Made by a program: the position numbers and the translations under genes. The notes under the pieces are model-generated. The model saw only the letters and a program-made list of their open reading frames with translations. It was not told the DNA's origin and searched no databases. A stretch of 64,000 bases of DNA from Bacteroidales bacterium (GTDB taxonomy: Bacteria; Bacteroidota; Bacteroidia; Bacteroidales; VadinHA17): positions 164 to 64,163 of the forward strand of contig JAGGWN010000109.1 in the NCBI GenBank assembly GCA_021157415.1. The letters run 5' to 3'. Below, one piece after another: positions 18,681-27,518 of the stretch (the first letter of the stretch is position 1; each line of letters begins with the position of its first letter).

Positions 18681-19910
18681 ATGGCCAGTAATGCAACCCA
18701 GAAGAGGCTGGAGGATTCAAAGTTAAAACTGAATGCCCTGCTGGAGGTGACACAGGCGATTAATCAGAATAAATCGCCTGAAGAGTTACTGACCCTTATG
18801 GAGAGATTCCTGGTAAAGGACCTGAATATTGGGAAAATAGCCATTTTCAAAAAAAACGGGGAGTGGAATTGTATCTATCATTCGGGGTGTGATATCAGTG
18901 ATTGTGATAAAATTAATATTGAACAACAGCTGCTGCCGGTCAGGGAGATCACTTCGGTGGTGGGAGCGACCGGCGAGGATGCCATTACCGGGTTTGATTA
19001 TATCATCCCCGTGATCAACAACAATGTGACAATGGCTTATGTGCTGATCGGAGATATCGAAGAGGGAGAAGGGATCAGCCCGCTGATCAAACACTTTAAT
19101 TTTATCCAGACCATTACCAATATTGTGTTGGTTGCCATTGAGAACATCCGGTTGTTCCAGGAGAGTCTTGAACAGGAACGCATGAAGAAAGAGCTGGAAC
19201 TTGCCAAAAAAATGCAAACCCTCCTGATCCCCGATAATAGTATTCTGCCCTCTAATCACTGTCTGCGTGTGTGTGGGTTTTATCAACCACACTTTTCAAT
19301 CGGAGGCGACTATTATGACTGTATTCAACTGAGCAGACATACCTATGGTTTTTGTATTGCAGATGTCTCGGGAAAAGGAATCTCGGCAGCTCTGCTTATG
19401 GCCAATTTCCAGGCCAACCTGAGGGCGTTATATACGTATGATATACCACTGAAAAACCTAATACGCACCTTGAATCAACGAGTAGTGGAAAGTGCCAACG
19501 GAGAAAAATTCATTACACTTTTCCTGGCAAAATACAATTGTGCAACCCACATACTTGAATATGTGAATGCGGCTCATAACCCCCCGGTGGTTTATCTGAC
19601 GGAAGATGATAAAATATTGAAACTTCACAGCAATACAGTGGGTATTGGTATGCTGGATGAAATGCCCGATGTCGTGAAAGAGACCATAAAACTCAACCAG
19701 CGTACCAAGATCATCTGTTATACCGACGGATTGTCTGAACTTCCGGATAAAAACGGGAAAGAAATCGGTACAGTCTCCATTGAAAAGAACATAAGTAACC
19801 GGAAGGATATTCATCACAATATCCAGTCTCTGATCCGGGAAGAAGACATTACCCCGGAGAACTCACGCTGTTTTGATGATGTCTCGATACTGGGTGTTGA
19901 GATTTTTTAG
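18681..19910 (+). CDS. GAF-domain / PP2C (SpoIIE-RsbU type) serine phosphatase
   Basis: The N-terminal 150 aa or so are GAF-like. The C-terminal half has PP2C/SpoIIE motifs: GGDYYD, FCIADVSGKGISAALLMA, ICYTDGLSE and DDVSILGVE. It starts 14 nt after efp. Confidence 0.8.
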   Translation: MASNATQKRLEDSKLKLNALLEVTQAINQNKSPEELLTLMERFLVKDLNIGKIAIFKKNGEWNCIYHSGCDISDCDKINIEQQLLPVREITSVVGATGEDAITGFDYIIPVINNNVTMAYVLIGDIEEGEGISPLIKHFNFIQTITNIVLVAIENIRLFQESLEQERMKKELELAKKMQTLLIPDNSILPSNHCLRVCGFYQPHFSIGGDYYDCIQLSRHTYGFCIADVSGKGISAALLMANFQANLRALYTYDIPLKNLIRTLNQRVVESANGEKFITLFLAKYNCATHILEYVNAAHNPPVVYLTEDDKILKLHSNTVGIGMLDEMPDVVKETIKLNQRTKIICYTDGLSELPDKNGKEIGTVSIEKNISNRKDIHHNIQSLIREEDITPENSRCFDDVSILGVEIF

Positions 19911-19913
19911 TTT

Positions 19914-19936
19914 CAGGAATCAGTCCTGGATTCCTG
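19914..19936 (+). terminator. Possible hairpin terminator of the PP2C gene, overlapping the convergent gene's 3' end
   Basis: CAGGAATC (19914-19921) pairs with GATTCCTG (19929-19936) around a 7-nt loop, followed by TTTGGGAATTTTC. The stem is only 8 bp and the U-tract is interrupted. Confidence 0.3.
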
Positions 19937-21383
19937 TTTGGGAATTTTCTGCATTTCCCGCTTTGCTGTAATGCAGGTCCAGTGCAACCAGTACAGCCAG
20001 AAAGCTCCAGAAAGGAATAGCTGCTTTGTCCGTATCCAGAAAATTATTCATCAAGCCATGGATAAAATAGGTACTTAATCCGGTCAATAAGGCGACAGAC
20101 AGATTGCTTACCCACCTTTCTTTTGCTCTGGAATAAACCCTCAATCCTGTCATAAATGCGAGGATAAACACTCCGAGAACCGTGAGAAAACCCGGGAGCC
20201 CGCTTTCCGCCAGCGGACCAAGGTATTCACTATGGGCATTACCCCGGTCTCCGAAATCAGTGCTGATGATCGTACGGTCCTTGGAATTCTGGAAAGGAGC
20301 ATACTGAAACATATAGGTCCCGGGGCCCCATCCCAGTACCGGTTTTTTACCAAACATACGAAGGGCGCATTTCCACCGGTTTATTCGTTCCATGTTAGAA
20401 GCATCCGTCTGAATATTTGCGATGGAACTGATATGTTGGGCAAAACTGGTGGAAGACTCCTGTTTGTTTCTTTCCAGTTCCTGCAGGACCATAGTGCGGT
20501 AGGAAAAGAAAAGACCTGCAAGAACAACGGAGAACAGCGCAATGGTTACGAATCGAACACGAAGTTTTACGAGGACAAAAATACCGAAAGCCAGGGCAAG
20601 ACTGAGCCAGGCAGCCCGGCTGTAACTGAAGATGAGCGCTGTGAAAAATAAAAGAAACAAAAAAAACACAATCCATCCGGGGGCCAGACGTGTCTTCTTC
20701 CGGACGAAAAACATTCCTCCGAGTACCGGAATAAACATGGTCAAAATGGCCCCATAGGCAGTGTGGTCATTGTAAAACGGTTTCATGGCCGAATGCGCTG
20801 CTTTCTGGTTGATTAACCCTGCCTGTGTCTGATTGAAAAGAGTAAAAAGAACTACCAGAGCCAAAGGGATCATATAAAGCCAGAGAAAACGGGGGATATT
20901 CCCGGGACTTTTAAAAATTTCATATGCGAAAAAATAGGCCCCGGCAATAAACCAGACATGTGCAATAAAAAATTTTAACGATACCAAAGGCATCGTGCTG
21001 GTGAGGGAAGAGATCAGCATCCATATTAAATAGATCGCAATAGCGATGGTCAGGGGGTGGAACAAAAATGACCTTTCAGAAGTTCCTTTCAGGGAGATAC
21101 GATAGATAAGAATGAAAAGAAGCAAAATCAGCAAAGGCTCGGAAGGAACAGAGAGATTAAATGGCAATTGCGGAAAAAATTCCTGGAGAGGAATGGATAG
21201 TGGCGTGAGAAAAACAATGCTGAGATAAAAAATATCCAGGCGGTAAAAGGCCAGGAAAAGAAATAGCAAAACCAACGGTAGTAAAAAGGCAGGATAAATT
21301 TCATAAAATATGAAAATCAGTTCCGTAATCAGGAATAAGGCGGAAAGGCTGTAAAACCAATATGTTTCCTTTTTAGCCGGCAC
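19920..21383 (-). CDS. O-antigen ligase (Wzy_C/WaaL-like) family membrane protein
   Basis: About 10-12 TM segments, with the characteristic central loop YSRAAWLSLALA in a Wzy_C-type position and a large periplasmic loop after it. The start codon is GTG. Confidence 0.7.
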   Translation of the reverse strand: MPAKKETYWFYSLSALFLITELIFIFYEIYPAFLLPLVLLFLFLAFYRLDIFYLSIVFLTPLSIPLQEFFPQLPFNLSVPSEPLLILLLFILIYRISLKGTSERSFLFHPLTIAIAIYLIWMLISSLTSTMPLVSLKFFIAHVWFIAGAYFFAYEIFKSPGNIPRFLWLYMIPLALVVLFTLFNQTQAGLINQKAAHSAMKPFYNDHTAYGAILTMFIPVLGGMFFVRKKTRLAPGWIVFFLFLLFFTALIFSYSRAAWLSLALAFGIFVLVKLRVRFVTIALFSVVLAGLFFSYRTMVLQELERNKQESSTSFAQHISSIANIQTDASNMERINRWKCALRMFGKKPVLGWGPGTYMFQYAPFQNSKDRTIISTDFGDRGNAHSEYLGPLAESGLPGFLTVLGVFILAFMTGLRVYSRAKERWVSNLSVALLTGLSTYFIHGLMNNFLDTDKAAIPFWSFLAVLVALDLHYSKAGNAENSQTGIQD

Positions 21384-21398
21384 AGTGCAGCGGTTTAT

Positions 21399-22403
21399 TT
21401 ATTCTGTTCTCGAACGGATAGCTTCCATGATCAGCAATAAAATCACCGCAAACAGAAATACCGAAAGAGTGGTGGCCATGACAATAAGAGACCGTTTTGG
21501 TGTTGCTTTTTTGTCCGGGATTTCTGCTTTTTTGACAATGTAAATGTGCGGGAGATCCTGTTCTGCATCGACGCGTGCTTCCGAGTATTTTATCCGCAGG
21601 TTGCTCAGCTGTTCAATGGAGTAAGTGATTTTATCCCGGAGTGTCAGAGAAGAACCGCCGTATTTGGACAGGATCTGTAATTTATGCTGAATATTATTCA
21701 GTGTATTTTGGTCATTGTTTCGTACTGCTTCGGCAAAAGCTTCATTGAGCCCTCTGGACTGGGAAGACACATCATAAACCCCCAGATTGCTAAGATAGAC
21801 CAGGGAGTCCTGTAACACATTTACTTCCTGTTGCAACTTAAAATATTCTTCCCGGACAAGGGCAAAAGCTTTTTGTGCTTTCTCTTTCTGTAAAACGGTA
21901 ATGGTGGAATCCAATAATGTTGCCAACGTATTGGCCATGTCGGCAGCCAAGACAGGATCCGTATCAAGCACCCGGATGCGCACAGCCATATATTCGGTTT
22001 TCCGAAATGAAATATTTTTTTTCAGCTTATTTTGCAATTTGGTGTATTTGTATTTTTCCGTGGGTTTGATATCGTAATGCTCAAACAGATTGAATGTATG
22101 TACCAGTTTTTTCCGGATACGGTCAGATTGCAGAATTTGTAATAACCGTTCGGTTTCCTCTTCATCCCCGAAAGAGAGAATATCCTTGTTTCCCACCCAC
22201 TGGGTTGAAATCAGCGTTTTGGAAACGGAAGAAGAAGCAGAAGGGTATAAAATGACCTCTGCGGCAAACCGGGGAGTGATCAGAAGAGAAACAACTACCG
22301 AGGCAACTATCCCTACAATGGTTACGATCAGGATGGGACGGCGATATTTCCACAGAAATGAAAAAAAATCAAAGGTCCTGAATTTTGCATTATCTTCTTT
22401 CAT
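21399..22403 (-). CDS. Wzz-like polysaccharide chain-length determinant
   Basis: N-terminal TM segment (ILIVTIVGIVASVVVSLLITP), a long coiled-coil periplasmic region and a C-terminal TM segment (LIVMATTLSVFLFAVILLLIM). This is PCP-1 topology. Confidence 0.65.
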   Translation of the reverse strand: MKEDNAKFRTFDFFSFLWKYRRPILIVTIVGIVASVVVSLLITPRFAAEVILYPSASSSVSKTLISTQWVGNKDILSFGDEEETERLLQILQSDRIRKKLVHTFNLFEHYDIKPTEKYKYTKLQNKLKKNISFRKTEYMAVRIRVLDTDPVLAADMANTLATLLDSTITVLQKEKAQKAFALVREEYFKLQQEVNVLQDSLVYLSNLGVYDVSSQSRGLNEAFAEAVRNNDQNTLNNIQHKLQILSKYGGSSLTLRDKITYSIEQLSNLRIKYSEARVDAEQDLPHIYIVKKAEIPDKKATPKRSLIVMATTLSVFLFAVILLLIMEAIRSRTE

Positions 22404-22447
22404 GAGAGTTTTTGGTTTATTAAAAAGGCTGTTTTAGAAAAGGAACG

Positions 22448-23743
22448 TTAATTTTTTAATTTTATTAAGTAATAGTTTTTTTTCCCTTTCTGAATCAGGA
22501 TATATTTATGGCTGATAAGGTCATCTGACATGATTTGTTTGTCGGGATCGGTTATTTTTTCTTTGTTGATGGATAAACCACCGCCGCTGATCAGTCTGCG
22601 AAGCTCCCCTTTGGAGGGGAAAACGCCGGTTTTTTCCACCAGCAGTTCCGTAACCGGAGGGTTTGATTCCAGAAGAGAAGCATCGATTTCGAAAGTGGGT
22701 ACTCCTTCGAATACATCCAGAAACGTGGCTTCATCCATATGCTGCAGCGACTCAGTGGTTCCTTTTCCGAAAAGAATGCGGGAAGCTTCTTCTGCTCCTT
22801 TGAGTGCTTCTTTCCCGTGAACCAGTTCCGTGATTTCGCGGGCCATGGTCTTTTGCAACAGACGCGTGTGTGGAGCCTCTCTGTGCTGCCGGATGAGATT
22901 ATCGATTTCTTCTTTTGAGAAAAGGGTAAAAATTTTAACGAACCTTTCCGCATCTTCATCCGACACGTTCAACCAGAACTGATAGAACTTGTACGGGGAC
23001 GTTCGTTTGGGATCCAACCATACATTGCCTGACTCCGTTTTTCCGAACTTTCCCCCGTCCGCCTTGGTGATCAACGGGCTCGTCAGGGCAAAGGCTTCCC
23101 CTCCGAGCTTGCGGCGGATTAACTCGGTACCGGTCACAATATTTCCCCATTGATCGGAGCCCCCCATCTGCAGTTTGCAGTTCATGGTCTGGTAGAGATG
23201 AAGAAAGTCGGTGCCCTGCACCAGCTGGTAGGAAAACTCCGTAAAGGACATTCCGTTTTTATTGGCAGGATCCAGCCGTTTCCGGACCGATTCCTTGGAC
23301 ATCATATAGTTTACGGTGATATGTTTTCCGATATCACGGATAAAATCCAGGAAAGTATAATCCTTCATCCAGTCATAGTTATTGACCATTACGGCATCGT
23401 TGGATTTTCCGGTGTTGAAATCCAGAAAGTGCATCAGTTGCCGTTTGATAGCTTCCTGGTTATGGCGCAGGCTCTTTTCGTCCAGCAGGTTTCTCTCCTG
23501 CGACTTGCCCGAAGGGTCTCCGATCATACCGGTAGCTCCACCAATCAGTACTAGAGGCCGGTGTCCTTTCATCTGAAAGTGTTTCAATAACATGATACCT
23601 ACCAGATTGCCGATGTGTAAAGAATCGGCGGTTGGATCAAAACCGATATAGCCGGTTGTCATTTCTTTTTTAAGTTGTTCTTCCGTTCCGGGCATGATGT
23701 TGTGAACCATACCCCGCCAGCGTAACTCTTCTACAAAATTCAT
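22448..23743 (-). CDS. tyrS: Tyrosine--tRNA ligase
   Basis: HIGN motif (DSLHIGNLV), KFGKT (the KMSKS equivalent), GGSDQWGNI, and a C-terminal S4 domain. Confidence 0.95.
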   Translation of the reverse strand: MNFVEELRWRGMVHNIMPGTEEQLKKEMTTGYIGFDPTADSLHIGNLVGIMLLKHFQMKGHRPLVLIGGATGMIGDPSGKSQERNLLDEKSLRHNQEAIKRQLMHFLDFNTGKSNDAVMVNNYDWMKDYTFLDFIRDIGKHITVNYMMSKESVRKRLDPANKNGMSFTEFSYQLVQGTDFLHLYQTMNCKLQMGGSDQWGNIVTGTELIRRKLGGEAFALTSPLITKADGGKFGKTESGNVWLDPKRTSPYKFYQFWLNVSDEDAERFVKIFTLFSKEEIDNLIRQHREAPHTRLLQKTMAREITELVHGKEALKGAEEASRILFGKGTTESLQHMDEATFLDVFEGVPTFEIDASLLESNPPVTELLVEKTGVFPSKGELRRLISGGGLSINKEKITDPDKQIMSDDLISHKYILIQKGKKNYYLIKLKN

Positions 23744-23850
23744 AGTTTTTTCAAGTTTTGGACAGGAGCAAAGATAAGTTCAAAATCTGCAATAGAAAAT
23801 AGGGTCTGCGACAATAACGGCACAAACTTACGTCAAAGCAATAACGGTTT

Positions 23851-24387
23851 TTAGATTGTAAGAGGTTTTTTTTGCACCGGGCCTGCTTTTTCCAAAGGCT
23901 TTTGGATATCAAAATGAAGACACATAAAGAGCGTGGGAGCGAAGCGGGCAATAGGTTCGTAAAGCAAGGATTCTCTGACTTTATTCTGAGGCATAAAATG
24001 AGTTTTCCGGTCTGTCGCGTTAATCAATAACAGCAAAAGACTCAGAACAAATGCAACCTTCGTAATACCCAGCAGGATTCCCGCCAGCCGGTTGATGAAA
24101 CCCAGTGCCACCGCCTTTACCAGCTTGTCCAGCGCTTTTGCCAGGAGATGAACCAGGATAACGATTACTACGAAAGTAATCGCAAACGAAACAATATGCA
24201 GGTAGCGGGTGGTCATATGGAATTTTTCCACCAGAATATCGGAGGTGTAAAAGGAAAAACGCAGTGCACCATATAGGCCCAGAAACAAAGCTGCCAGGGA
24301 GGCTGTTTCAATAATAAGACCGTTTTTAAACCCCTTTAATGCACCCCATAACAAAAAAATTGCCAGAACCAGATCAATGTAATTCAT
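23851..24387 (-). CDS. cvpA: CvpA-family membrane protein
   Basis: 178 aa with 4 TM segments. The opening MNYIDLVLAIFLLWGALKGFKNGLI is typical of colicin V production protein CvpA. Confidence 0.8.
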   Translation of the reverse strand: MNYIDLVLAIFLLWGALKGFKNGLIIETASLAALFLGLYGALRFSFYTSDILVEKFHMTTRYLHIVSFAITFVVIVILVHLLAKALDKLVKAVALGFINRLAGILLGITKVAFVLSLLLLLINATDRKTHFMPQNKVRESLLYEPIARFAPTLFMCLHFDIQKPLEKAGPVQKKPLTI

Positions 24388-24512
24388 ACCGGTGATATTA
24401 GGTTATACAAATTAAAGGTATTTTTTTGGATTTGCCCAAAACCGGATGGTTTGGAACAATTGAAAAACAGTATTAATGGTGTTTTTGTATAATTAGTTAT
24501 CAAATAGTTTCT

Positions 24513-24520
24513 TATATTTG
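24513..24520 (+). promoter_or_regulatory. Candidate -7 promoter box TATATTTG for the AbrB-like gene
   Basis: Exact match to the Bacteroidota TAnnTTTG consensus. It would place a transcription start about 7 nt downstream, at the left edge of the 42-bp palindrome. Confidence 0.35.
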
Positions 24521-24524
24521 TGAT

Positions 24525-24566
24525 AACAATCTCACCTACGTAGGCCCCTACGTAGGTGAGATTGTT
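24525..24566. repeat. Perfect inverted repeat with 20-bp arms and a 2-nt spacer; each arm contains the palindrome CCTACGTAGG
   Basis: AACAATCTCACCTACGTAGG-cc-CCTACGTAGGTGAGATTGTT, read directly from the sequence. It ends 21 nt before the ATG at 24588. It is either an operator or a 5'-leader hairpin. Confidence 0.9.
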
Positions 24567-24587
24567 GGGAATTAAAAAGGCAAAGTT

Positions 24588-24779
24588 ATGGCACAAGGAA
24601 AAAAGAAACCGGAAAAAAGCTATGTCAGACATTTGACAAAGATTGCCGGTGGCACCAGTTATGCACTGGTCATCCCCATGGATTATATCAAAAACCTGGG
24701 ATGGAAGGACCGGCAGAAACTGGTTGTCCGGAAATATGGGGAAAGATTAATCATAGAAGATTGGGAACCGGAAGCCTGA
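24588..24779 (+). CDS. Small AbrB/MazE/SpoVT-type DNA-binding protein (orphan, antitoxin-like)
   Basis: 63 aa. The string KIAGGTSYALVIPMDYIKNLGWKDRQKLVVRKYGERLIIE fits the swapped-hairpin SpoVT-AbrB pattern (S..v.iPk.....lg...gd.l). There is a purine-rich stretch, AAAAAGG, 9-15 nt upstream of the ATG. Confidence 0.65.
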   Translation: MAQGKKKPEKSYVRHLTKIAGGTSYALVIPMDYIKNLGWKDRQKLVVRKYGERLIIEDWEPEA

Positions 24780-24820
24780 TCTTGCTGATTCCGGAGATAT
24801 AGCATGATTCTTACAGAAGA

Positions 24821-25507
24821 TCAGCGAGAAAGGCTGTTATAGTATTTTACCACCTTTATCAGGTCCTTCTCTCTGGAAACGGAAATGTGGTTCTTTTTGA
24901 TAAACGTTATTATCTCCCTACGCTTATCCTGGAGGTAATCAGGCAGTGTTTTTTTGTTCCGGATCAGGAACAGGGGTTGATCCTTTTTCTTCAGGTAGAA
25001 AATATCTTTTTGGGATTCAAACCGAGCCGGTTTTGGATCCTGGTAAGGTTTGGCTTTTTCGGCTTCCTGAAAATGAACCAGATGTTTGGCCAGAAGCTGA
25101 CAATATCCGTCCTCAAGCAATTCATAATAACTGCCTTTGTTTGAATTTTTCTTGTTTTTCAGATAAAGGAATGTTCTGCCATCCAGTATGATCTTTTTTA
25201 TATTCTCCCTGGGGGCCAGCCAATACGTTTTGTTTTTTATCTGATATTCCATTTCGTCGGAATACAGATCATACCGGACCTTGCCCCGGTAACGGGTTCC
25301 GTCTTTCATATAGATATCTGCTTCAAGATAGTCGGGGAAAAGATAGGGGGATCCTTGTATGTCGCTGTAAGTGAGGATTCCTGCATAAGGATTGGTCGCT
25401 TCCTGATGTACACGAAAATCATCCAGCAAACGGATATTTTCATCCTGGGCCCATGCCAGTGTGCCTGCCGAAAAAAGTAATGAAAGGAAAACTATTTTTT
25501 TGATCAT
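24821..25507 (-). CDS. Secreted hypothetical protein
   Basis: I moved the start to ATG 25505-25507 (MIKKIVFLSLLFSAGTLAWAQ, a signal peptide). I recognise no family. The C-terminal half is Lys-rich. Confidence 0.5.
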   Translation of the reverse strand: MIKKIVFLSLLFSAGTLAWAQDENIRLLDDFRVHQEATNPYAGILTYSDIQGSPYLFPDYLEADIYMKDGTRYRGKVRYDLYSDEMEYQIKNKTYWLAPRENIKKIILDGRTFLYLKNKKNSNKGSYYELLEDGYCQLLAKHLVHFQEAEKAKPYQDPKPARFESQKDIFYLKKKDQPLFLIRNKKTLPDYLQDKRREIITFIKKNHISVSREKDLIKVVKYYNSLSR

Positions 25508-25636
25508 CTTGTTGGTATTTAATGAAATCAATTACGTATAACCTCCGGCAACAGATGGTACAAAATGTTTTTAATTATATAACAAAAAAAATACCATTGT
25601 TGTATTTACAAAAATATAAATTAAATGTGATTACGG

Positions 25637-26560
25637 TTAATTTTCAAAAGGGTTGTTTTTTTCAAAATCCGGCAGGTAATGATCGCGGCTGGAGAAAGTC
25701 TGTGTGTAGAGGGTTTCAATCCCAAGGGAGAGAGCATAATCCAGGAGTTTCCGATATTCCCTGGCATGCAGTGACCGGTTGATCTCCGGGAAACGTGCTG
25801 CGTTATGTTGCGGAGAGTATTGTGACATAAGACTGACAGGGATCTCTTTGGAAATACCGGCGATTACCTCCAGACATTTCCGGCTGTTCTCAGGCAATCC
25901 CGGCAGGACCAGATGCCGTACCAGCAGTCCTTTTGCGGCGATGCCCTCTGCATCTGTTTGCAGTGGACCTGTCTGCCTGTACATTTCCTGCAGTACGCCG
26001 GGGATAATCTCCGGATAATCGGCAGCACCCGAATAACGGCGGGCCGATCCCTGTTCCATATATTTGATATCCGGCATATAAATGTCTATCAGCCCCCGGA
26101 TATCTTTCAGTGCCTCAACCGAATCATACCCTCCGGAATTATAGATCACCGGGATGATAAGTCCTCTCGCGCGTGCCAGAGTAATGGCGTCAGCCATTTG
26201 CCACAACACATGAGAAGGCGATACGAAGTTGATGTTGTGGGCTCCTGCCTCCTGAAGACGGAGCATCGCATCAGCAATAACTTCAGGGCTCATTTCCCGG
26301 ACCGCGGATTTGTCAAAGTGCTGGCTGATCTGCCAGTTCTGACAAAAAACACACCGCAGATTACAGCCGGCAAAGAAAATGGTGCCGGAGCCCCGGCTGC
26401 CTGAGATGGGAGGTTCTTCCCCGTAATGTAACCCGCTATGTGCTACCAGGGCGTGGGCTGCCGTACGACAATACGATACCTCTCCGGCCAGCCGGTTGAT
26501 CTTGCAATGTCGGGGACAACAGTCACAGGAAACAAGCCGTTTGGAGAAAAAGTTACCCAT
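25637..26560 (-). CDS. Radical SAM enzyme, PflX-like (homologue of pyruvate formate-lyase activating enzymes)
   Basis: N-terminal Cys cluster CDCCPRHCKINR....YC, then HYGEEPPISGSRGSGTIFFAGCNLRCVFCQNWQIS with the CxxxCxxC SAM cluster. Confidence 0.85.
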   Translation of the reverse strand: MGNFFSKRLVSCDCCPRHCKINRLAGEVSYCRTAAHALVAHSGLHYGEEPPISGSRGSGTIFFAGCNLRCVFCQNWQISQHFDKSAVREMSPEVIADAMLRLQEAGAHNINFVSPSHVLWQMADAITLARARGLIIPVIYNSGGYDSVEALKDIRGLIDIYMPDIKYMEQGSARRYSGAADYPEIIPGVLQEMYRQTGPLQTDAEGIAAKGLLVRHLVLPGLPENSRKCLEVIAGISKEIPVSLMSQYSPQHNAARFPEINRSLHAREYRKLLDYALSLGIETLYTQTFSSRDHYLPDFEKNNPFEN

Positions 26561-26596
26561 GGCTGCGAAAATAAACGATTTGTCTGAATTACATAG

Positions 26597-26668
26597 TAGC
26601 CCCGACAGGAATCGAACCTGTATCTACGGTTTAGGAAACCGCTATTCTATCCGTTGAACTACGGGGCC
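26597..26668 (-). tRNA. tRNA-Arg (anticodon CCT)
   Basis: The reverse complement folds as a cloverleaf: acceptor GGCCCCG/CGGGGCU, U8-A9, D-arm GUUC/GAAU, anticodon stem GCGGU/ACCGU, loop UU-CCU-AA, T-arm ACAGG-UUCGAUU-CCUGU and discriminator A. CCA is not encoded. Confidence 0.9.
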
Positions 26669-26743
26669 GAAAACGGAGTGCAAAGATAAAATATTTTCAG
26701 GACAATATCAGATACTGCTTCTTTAAGGGAGATTCCACGATAT

Positions 26744-27355
26744 TTATCTTCCAAAACGGAAAGAGAAACAGACGCCCAGGAAATTGTTGGTCACCTGGGG
26801 TTCTCCGAATGTTGAGGGTTTGTCTGTCATGGAACTGTAATGGTAGAACACATTGGTACCGATGTCTATCCGTTTAACAATGTTGAAATCGTATCCGTAT
26901 CCTACATTCAAAGCGAATCCACCATTGGTGCTACCGGAGGAACCGTCGGAGGAAACACTCGTTACGGCATAGTTAATATCTGCATTCAGATAGGTTTTTC
27001 CCTTGCCGAAATAATAGGAAAAACCACCCCCTAATTGAGGAACGGAGACAAGATCGGAATAGCCTCCGTCTGAAACTTTGGGTTGCACATTGATCAGCAT
27101 ACCAAAAACCAGATATAAGGCTAAACGCGGATTTAGCTGATTTCCTGCCTGAATACTGAAAGGAACGGTTGGCCCGGTGATATTGAAGTAATCTCCAAAA
27201 TTTGTTTTCCCTGTGGCAAGTCCCAGATTTACCCGGGTGAAAAACCCTTTTTGTTTTTCTTTCAGTTCGGGGAGAACCACCTTTTGTTGAGAAAAAGCCG
27301 GATAATCAAAAGATAAACACAGAAGGAAGAAAAGGAAGATTGAGATTTTTTTCAT
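26744..27355 (-). CDS. Small outer-membrane beta-barrel protein
   Basis: Signal peptide present. There is an alternating aromatic/hydrophobic strand pattern (GFALNVGYGYDF, IGTNVFYHY) and the protein ends ...FSFRFGR, as in 8-10-stranded OM barrels. Confidence 0.55.
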   Translation of the reverse strand: MKKISIFLFFLLCLSFDYPAFSQQKVVLPELKEKQKGFFTRVNLGLATGKTNFGDYFNITGPTVPFSIQAGNQLNPRLALYLVFGMLINVQPKVSDGGYSDLVSVPQLGGGFSYYFGKGKTYLNADINYAVTSVSSDGSSGSTNGGFALNVGYGYDFNIVKRIDIGTNVFYHYSSMTDKPSTFGEPQVTNNFLGVCFSFRFGR

Positions 27356-27518
27356 GTCAATTCAGGTTAAAATTGGAAAACAATATACCCAAAAATCATT
27401 TACTTATCAAAATATTGTGTTTCATAACATAAATTACAGGACTATATTCGGAAGAGGAAATGAAAAATTTGTAACTTAGAGTCATTATGTTGTCATTGTC
27501 GTTTTTCTAACTTCCATT

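Noticed and set aside
24384-24632. 82-aa minus-strand ORF spanning the cvpA/AbrB-like intergenic region and the 42-bp palindrome
   Set aside because: It overlaps the cvpA start and the AbrB-like start, runs through AT-rich promoter DNA and has no recognisable features. The palindrome necessarily creates open frames on both strands.
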